Below, piece by piece: positions 56,687-64,000 of a DNA stretch of 64,000 nucleotides (position 1 is its first letter; the number at the start of each line of letters is the position of its first letter). The DNA comes from Phyllosticta citribraziliensis (taxonomy: Eukaryota). Made by a program: the position numbers and the translations under genes. The notes under the pieces are model-generated. The model was not told the DNA's origin. It ran no database searches and saw only the letters and a program-made list of their open reading frames with translations. The stretch is taken from NCBI RefSeq assembly GCF_038025025.1, contig NW_027117343.1, forward strand, positions 806,001 through 870,000, in the 5' to 3' direction.

Positions 56687-58773
56687 GTGAGCGATGGAGT
56701 CGTCACGTCGTCTGCGAGAGATGAAAAGAGGGTGGATGAGAGTGCACGTGTGGGTAGAGAGGAGGCGTAAACAGTGGCGTCCGTCGGCGTCAAGATGTCG
56801 CGCGGAGAAACGTCGAGAAGAAAAGAGCCACGGAGACTGATCATGTGTCGTCGAACGCATTCTCGGTAGCAAGCCGAGAGAAAACGGCAAACGATCGGCA
56901 GGTTTGTCCATTATCAAATTACCTGGGGTCAGAAAAGCAAGCATAGGGAATCGGACGGCGTAATGGCGTTTTTGGGGCGCTGGGGTATGAGAAGCGCTCT
57001 ACGGAAAGAGCAGGGAGAAACAGCATGACGTGGTTCAGCGGTAGCGGGTAAAGGTAACGTCAAACACAGGCGGCGTCTTCTCGTCTTTCTCTCTCTCTCT
57101 TCGTCTTCTTAAATCGCCATACCGTGCCCTATCGTCCAGAGATTGACAAGAGCGGAGAATCGGGGCAGGACAGGAGACGCGCCATTCCCGTCCTGTCGTG
57201 CTAGCACATCTCGACGCATGCTTTGGGCCAAAGCAGACGATGAGTGCGCGTTTGCCTCCTTCCGCCGTCTTGTCTTTCTTTTCACTCCCCTCTTCATCTG
57301 CCTTGCGGGCGTAGAGGCAGCCAGCCACCACATGGAGACTTGGTGCAACAGGACGAGACACGCACACAAAGAGACGGGGAGACTAGCGGGATTCTTCCCG
57401 TTTTGGGTCGCTTGAGCTGGTCGGCCATCTGAGACGGAATGGAAGAGCTGGCGGTGATGGATGGTTGACGACGACCGGAGGGACGAGAGGGTTGGTGGGT
57501 CGTCATGGCGAGAGTGCCAGATGACGGCGTGGGTTGCAAGGAAAGCAAGGGCTCAAAGTGCTAGCACATGATCGGCCGGCAAAGACAAGTCCACGGTCAA
57601 CGGTCCTGGAGAGGCGCGCGCCGACGGCGAGCACGGTGGTTTGTTGTCAGTTCGGCCATGGTGTTTGTCGGGCGCAACGAGCGGGCATGGATGAAATGAC
57701 AGGCGCGTCAGCTCACGGCAGCTGCCAAGGCCCGTCGGCGGGCGGAGCGAGAGCGAGCACCGTGTGTGGCCTGGCCTTGCAGTCGACGCCAAGAGGAAGG
57801 GGACAAAAAGCGCGAAGGCTGGGTTGGCCCTGCAACACGAGCCACCAAGGCGGGAGTGGCCTTTTTCCAGATTGGCGGCCCGGCTAGCTGGGCGTGGTTC
57901 GCTTTGGCGCCTCTCACCTCGACTACCACGCAGACAACACCAGTGCGCCGACGGAATCGTTGTGTGTTGTAAATGTAGAAGTCGACGGCGACGAAGCGAA
58001 CCGAGAGAAGAGCAGGTTCTGGGGATTTGATCGGCTGTGGAGATGGCCGGACGGGATGATGGAGAGGAATCTGCCGCCTCAGGGCCCAGGGGGTGGCTCA
58101 AGCGACATGGAGCAACACCAATGACGGCATCACCATGGACTCACCAGTCGCTCAGCTCAGCCCAGCTTCGGTTCAGTTGTTCCAGTCGCCACGGCAGGCA
58201 GACAGGAAGAAAGAGATTGACAGCTCGCGGGACCTTGCAGCAGAAAACATGTACCTCGCTCGTAACCGCCGGGGCGCCCAGCGGCATCCTTCGCGCCGAC
58301 CTGGACCTGACCACCTCATGCACCTGCCCTGACAGGCCCAGAGGCGCTCGGTCTCCAGTTTTCCCAAACACGCTGTTTGAAACGCTCACGGCATGCCCAC
58401 CGTCTCCACGTCTTTATCTACATATGTACCTACTCCTCCGCAGAACTAACTAACCTCGTGCTTTTTCTTTTCTGCTGCCCCATCTGCTGGTTGCCCCGGT
58501 GTCTGTCCCTCATCACCACCACCTCCTCAATTTCCTTGCTCTTCCTTCGCTCTATCCGAGGCTGCTGGCCCACCTCTTCTTTTCCCTTTCTCTCTTCCGC
58601 TCCTTTACATATTTCTGCTTCTTCTCTTCTCTCCCTTTCCTGTGTCAATCCGCCCCCGGCAGCAGACTGGACTGAGCATTCACCTATCCCTTCCGTTGTA
58701 TCACCCTGCCACCACAATCCAATCCCCACATCTCGCACCCACTGCTCCACTCCCACCCACCACCCCATCCACG

Positions 58774-60308
58774 ATGCGGTCCCCGACGCTCGCCACCCTC
58801 GCCGTCGGCCTGGCCGCCGCCACGCTCGCCAACGCGCAAACATACTCCGACTGCAACCCCATGAACAGCAGCCAGTTCCCGTGCAAGCCCAACGCCGGGC
58901 TGAACAGCGCCACGTACGAGATCGACTTCACCACGGGCGCCAACACCAGCTGGAGCTACATCGCGCCCAGCGTCAACTACGGCGGAGCCAATGGCGCTGC
59001 TTTCACCATCACCAAGCGCGGCGAGGCGCCCACCATCAAGACGGATTTTTACATCTGGTATGGCCGCGTCGAGGTCACGATGAAGGCGGCGCCTGGCACG
59101 GGCATCATCAGTAGTATTGTGATTGAGTCGGATGATTTGGACGAGATTGACTGGGTACGTTGGCTTCTTTTTACTTACTACTGCCTCTACAACCACAACC
59201 ACCACCTCCTTCACTCCGCCCGGCAAGCTAACAACCCCCACAGGAGTTCCTCGGCGGCGTCGACAGCGCCGTGCAAACAAACTACTTTGGCAAGGGCAAC
59301 ACCACCAGCTACGACCGGATGCAGCAATTCGACGTGGCGACGCCGCAAACGACGGCCCACACGTACGCCGTCGACTGGACGGCCTCGCGCATCCAGTGGC
59401 TCGTCGACGGCACCGTCGTGCGCACCCTGGCCTACGCCGACGCCAACGCCGGCGCCACGTACCCGCAGACGCCCGCCAACGTGCGCCTCGGCATCTGGGC
59501 CGGCGGCGACAAGGCCAACGGCGACGGCACCGTCTCCTGGGCCGGCGGCCAGACGACGTACGACGCCGCGGCCGGCATGCCGTGGTCCATGTACGTCGAG
59601 AAGGTCAAGATTACGAATTATAACCCCGCCGCCGCGTACAGCTATTCGGATACGTCGGGCTCGTCCGGGTCCATCAAGATGCTGGCGGCCGATGCCGCGG
59701 GCGTCGCGTCGCCGGCTGCTGCGACGCCTTCTTCGTCTCCCGGCGCAAACTCCACGACCGACTCGACCTCGGGCTCCAAGCCCAACGTCAGCGGCGGCGC
59801 GGGCATCGGGTCCAACCGCCAGGGCAGCGGCAGCAACAGCAACAGCGGCATCGCGACGCCCTCCCTCTCTCCCCCCACGTCGTCGTCGTCCTCTTGCCCG
59901 ACGATCCTCAGAACAAAGACCGTGACCCTGGCGCCAGGCGAGACGCCCCCCACGACGACGCTGACGCTGAGCGGCACGCCCGCGTCGTCGACGCACTCGC
60001 TGCTGGCGTCGGCCGACTCGGGCGTCGACGCGTCGTCGGCCATCAGCGTCGGCACGGGCATCCTGACGCTGCCCATGCCGTCGACCGGCAACCCGCTGCT
60101 GGCGCCCACGCCGCCCGCAAACAGCGCGCTGGTCGACGGCGGCAGCGATGCGGGCGCTGCGGCCGCTGGCAGCACACCGCCGCCTGCGTCCGTCACGACG
60201 CCGCAGACGAGCCACTATACGGGCGCCGCGGTGCCGCTGTTCAGTGGAGCGAGGGGAGGCGTTGGCGCGGTTGTGGCGGCGGCGGCCGCGGCCGTCATGG
60301 CGTTGTAG
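58774..60308 (+). CDS. GH16 Crh-family chitin/glucan transglycosylase, GPI-anchored, 481 aa; intron 59155-59243
   Basis: Signal peptide, QTYSDCNP, YGRVEVTMKAAPGTGIISS, SDDLDEIDW|EFLGG catalytic motif, QTNYFGKG, YPQTP..VRLGIWAGG, Ser/Thr-rich stalk and hydrophobic C-terminus. Confidence 0.94.
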
Positions 60309-61115
60309 ATTGACTGCTGGCGGTTGCGGAGGCGGGATGTAGGGAGGGCTGGAACGGCGAGGTTGCGGTGGCTTTTGAAAAGCCGTTCAGCCTGCCAGCC
60401 TACTTGTCCTCTCCCTCCTTTACCATTTCTCTACCTTCTCTTCTCTCTTCTCTCTTTCTTCACTTCTCCCAGCTTGGACTTGGATTTGATTAATGATTCC
60501 CCCTCTTGAAGACACCGCGAAAGGGACTCCACCGACCGCGCGGCTGCAGTTGGCCGCCTTTGCATGTATGTTGGTTGTAAGATACAGCCAGGGGGTCGCG
60601 AGCTTGGAGCAGGACGATGCGGTGTGGTATGATACGGTACGGAGGACTGAATGAGGATGTGCAGCAAGCCCTCGAGGCAGCGGATCGGACAGTCAATGAG
60701 ACGGCTATTCCCTTCCTCATCTCCCCCATTGTCTATCCTGGCCAGCGGGCTGGTGATCGACGGACAGGGGTGAGCATGGGGTGCAAAGGGGAGCAGGCCC
60801 AAAGATCGAGTGGAGATAGATACCCAGTGTGCATGGAGTAGAGGCCTCGCGAGAGGCTGCAGGTGGCGGTGGTGGAGCGATGAAAGTGGTTTGACTGGGT
60901 GCGTGGAAATAGAATTGGAATGATATACCTACCAACCCATAGTGTTGTGCATCCAGTGGCCATTGTGTCTTTTACGTTAGCGTCCCAGGGACAGCGGACG
61001 CAACAGCCCTGCCAGATGCGGACAAGGATGGGTTCGATGGACCGGAGATTTTGGTATATCGGAGTCTTTTCGCTCTGCTGCCTTGACTTCTTTGTCCGAT
61101 GTGGAAGGTCGCCTC

Positions 61116-62319
61116 TCAAGAAGGCGACCTCCTGCGTGCGCCATCTCTGTCCCTCCTCCTGTCCTCGTCGCGTCCCCGATGCCTCTTTTCCTTGTCTCTG
61201 TCACGGTCCCTCCTGTCGTCCTCATCCTCGTCTTCGTATCTCCTCCGCTCACGCCGCCGATCCCCTTCCCGTTCAGCATCACGCTCTGTGCCGCGCCTTC
61301 TCTGCTTCCTGTCTTCCTCGTCGTCGTGTGGGCGTTGCCGGTCCCGTCTATCGTGGTCACGCTCGCGAGAGCGCTCGTCTGAGTCGTCGCGCTTTCGCGT
61401 CTTGCGCTCAGCGTAGTCGTCCTCATCGTCGTGGCGGCGATGGCGTCTGTGCCGCCTCTCTGCGTCCGAAGCAGGATCCTCCGGCGGCGAGCGCGTGCGA
61501 CTCCTATGCCTCCTGTGCCTGCGCCTGTGGCGGTCGTCTTCAGACTCGTCGTCGGCGTCTCGTTCGCGCCTCGACCTGTGGTGATGTCTGTGTCTCCTTT
61601 CTCTGTCGTGATCGCGCGGCTTCTTCTTCGATGCACCAGCCCCGTTTGCCTTCTTCCACCGCGCCACCGCCTCTTCAACTTCCTTCTTCTTTTCCCCCAC
61701 CATGTACCCCTTCATCGGGTCATCGTCCTCCATGTCCTGGAGCAACCGCGCCAGCTCCTTCTCTTCAGGCAAAACCGGCCTCTCGTCCTCGCTGCTCTCA
61801 TCCTCCGGCTCGGGAGCCTGGACACTGACATCTATGCCCCCGGCTGGCTCTTCGCCCTCCTTGCCCTCCTTCTTCTTGTAGCGCGTGTGGTCGACGCGGA
61901 GGATACGCCCCATGACCTCGGCTCCACTCAGATTATCCACAGCCAGGTCGCACGACCGCTGGTCCTCGTACTTGAGGAAGCAGAATCCTTTGCTCTTGCC
62001 CGTTTCCTTGTCGCGGATCAGGTGGATGTGCACCGGCTCGCCGTACTGCGAGAAGATGGTGACGATGTCGCCTTCGGAGAGGTTGAACGGGAGCCCGCCG
62101 ATGTAGACGTATGCCTGTGTCAATGTGAGCGCGTTGCTCGTGCTGTGTTGTGTGCTGTGTGCGAACAATGTCCGCGCGTGGAGGTTGCTATTGTAGCCAG
62201 ATTGGACGGGCAGAAACACGTACCGTGTCGCGGTAGTCGGCGTGCCATGAGGCTTCTGGAGGGATGCCGGCTTCAAGCTCGCGCTTGTTGAGCTCCTTGA
62301 TCGAGCGGATCGTGTTCAT
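61116..62319 (-). CDS. IST3: RES-complex RRM protein RBMX2/Ist3(Snu17)/Cwf29, 364 aa; intron 62115-62223
   Basis: MNTIRSIKELNKRELE...SWHADYRDT|AYVYIGGLPFNLSEGDIVTIFSQYGEPV...KSKGFCFLKYEDQRSCDLAVDNL.G...GRILRVDH followed by an RD/RE-rich tail. Confidence 0.95.
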
Positions 62320-62680
62320 CGTTGCAGCGGCTTCTAGGCGCTGGTTTCTGAGCTTTGAGCAGGGATTGCGTTGGTTTCGAAACGCGGTTTAGAGATAGGT
62401 CATCCTGTGACTGGGATGCGCAAATAAAGTTTCGAGGCAACAGGTGTGGTTGAATGTCGAGGGAGCTTGGTCGAGCTTGCGGAAAGTTGTGATGGATGAT
62501 GTCGTTGCCGCGGCCGCTTACTAATCACGAGATGACCATTTCCCGATGCAAAGGAACGTAGCGCAGCTCATAGCTATCCAGCAAGTGTCTCAAATGATTA
62601 TGAGGAAGAATTCAATTGTACTGTCTAATTCTACTCACGCTGAATCTGATCTGACAATGGTTCCCCAATCTGACCCTTAG

Positions 62681-64000
62681 TCAAACTCCTCGGGCATCTC
62701 CTTGACTTTCATGAGCTTCAAACTCCTCGACCATCTCCCCGACGGTCATAAGCTCATCATTGGGTTGGACCCCATACGTTCGGCTCTCCCGCGGCTCAGC
62801 GATCAAACCCAATTCGGCAGCTAACGAGCGGTCTGCGGCTTCATCCTCCTCTAAAGACGACATGGAAGGATCGTTGACGCTTTCCGGGCGAACTAGTGCT
62901 GAATTCGTCATGGGTGGTGGTTCCGAGAATGGCGAGTTTCTCAAAACTGGCGACACCCGTGAAGGCGACGAGCTTGGTCGTCTCTTTCGCAAACGCTCTG
63001 ACATGCGTCTGATGGATTCTGGGACGTCACACGCGCGCGCCACGCTCTGCTTCGCCTGTCCTCGTAGTTCCGAGGGACTTGCATGCTGATTCTGCTCCGG
63101 ACTTCGTTTTTTCTGTCCTTTCAATTCCGTGGCTTTCTTGTGCTGGGCCGGCTGGTTCGTCTGCTGTTGTTGCGCGGAACGACTTTCGTGTGCGATTCTG
63201 CTTTGAATGCGGCATTCTTCCACACTTCGCACGAACCATCTCGACGTACCCAATGGCACAAACCCCATCGACAGGTGGAGTCGCTCAGTAAGTAGTTGGG
63301 CCACGTTTCTTTGGTGGTCGTTGTCAAGGCCAGCGGCCCGCATGTCGCTGAACGGCCAGTCCAAGTCCATCATACTAAGAGGCCAGGCTACCACGAATTT
63401 CATGTTGGGGTACCGCCACACAGCCGCATCGATGAGATGTTTGTACATCGCCTTTGCGATGCCACGGTGGCGGTATTCTCCACTGACAGTAACCATTTGG
63501 ATGATGAGGAAGCCAAAGTCGCCGATTTCTTCGACGTTGTCCGTCTCTGATCGCTCAAGGGAGTTCGGGAAAAGCTGGGGCGTACTTATGTCTTGGTCTG
63601 TTTGAACGCCGGCTTTCGTAGTCGCTGTGCTAGAGTGAGCTGTTTGTCCTTCCTCCAAGAGAGCAAGACATATACCTCCTTCCTGAGACCTACCCATCTC
63701 CTCCTCTCGGCAAGTACGCCTGGACTGGCTCTCGTCAGAATTGTTCGTCGGCTTTCTCGGGGAAGTATGCTGTCCCTCAACAACAGGGCAATTTCCTATT
63801 TGCTGGACGATGGGAGTGGGCATGTCTTGTGCCTGAATAGCAGGGAAGGTGTTCGGCACATTTTCATCACCTGAAGTGGCTTCAGAACCAGACTCCGAGC
63901 TACTGCAGTCAAGATCATCTACAAATTTGACGGCTGCTTTCGCACGACCATGCTCGTCAAAGGCTTCCTTGACAAAGAGCTTTGCTTGGCCAGGGATTCG
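62681..64000 (-). CDS. Hypothetical protein with a GNAT-like acetyl-CoA-binding motif; 5' end lies beyond the window
   Basis: The frame is open to position 64000. FLIIQMVTVSGEYRHRGIAKAMY resembles GNAT motif A, and LHLSMGFVPLGTSRWF resembles motif B. Confidence 0.55.
   Translation of the reverse strand, partial: RIPGQAKLFVKEAFDEHGRAKAAVKFVDDLDCSSSESGSEATSGDENVPNTFPAIQAQDMPTPIVQQIGNCPVVEGQHTSPRKPTNNSDESQSRRTCREEEMGRSQEGGICLALLEEGQTAHSSTATTKAGVQTDQDISTPQLFPNSLERSETDNVEEIGDFGFLIIQMVTVSGEYRHRGIAKAMYKHLIDAAVWRYPNMKFVVAWPLSMMDLDWPFSDMRAAGLDNDHQRNVAQLLTERLHLSMGFVPLGTSRWFVRSVEECRIQSRIAHESRSAQQQQTNQPAQHKKATELKGQKKRSPEQNQHASPSELRGQAKQSVARACDVPESIRRMSERLRKRRPSSSPSRVSPVLRNSPFSEPPPMTNSALVRPESVNDPSMSSLEEDEAADRSLAAELGLIAEPRESRTYGVQPNDELMTVGEMVEEFEAHESQGDARGV

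Overview
This is fungal (filamentous ascomycete, probably a plant-associated Dothideomycete; inferred) nuclear DNA. It is GC-rich, with short GT-AG introns carrying CTRAY branch points. I reconstructed about 19 protein-coding loci by hand. In order: 3' end of an NAD(P)HX epimerase, a Frm2/Hbn1-like nitroreductase, a secreted TolB/PD40 beta-propeller (saponin-hydrolase-like), a divergent GST, a MARVEL protein, a 1215-aa orphan coiled-coil/C-terminal-TM protein, a type I membrane protein, a cutinase with a long processed-looking tail, cyanide hydratase, a small hypothetical protein, a BEACH protein (Bph1-like), a vacuolar subtilisin (Prb1/PepC-like), a long disordered protein, a BTB protein, a 14-exon PQ-loop protein, a GH16 Crh transglycosylase, RBMX2/Ist3 and a truncated GNAT-like gene. 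No transposase, tRNA, rRNA or CRISPR was recognised. The most striking unexplained feature is a ~3.0-kb non-coding block (about 9.65-12.66 kb) built from five families of duplicated modules. Each module folds into stem-loops, with compensatory base-pair changes and loop-restricted variation between copies, so it is a candidate large structured ncRNA or structured 3' UTR next to the orphan gene. Two other notable items are a probable 1-nucleotide exon in the PQ-loop gene and a cutinase fused to KR/AR-XP-Q-delimited Gly/Ser/Leu peptide modules. All folds and family calls were made by eye, with no database search or folding software.
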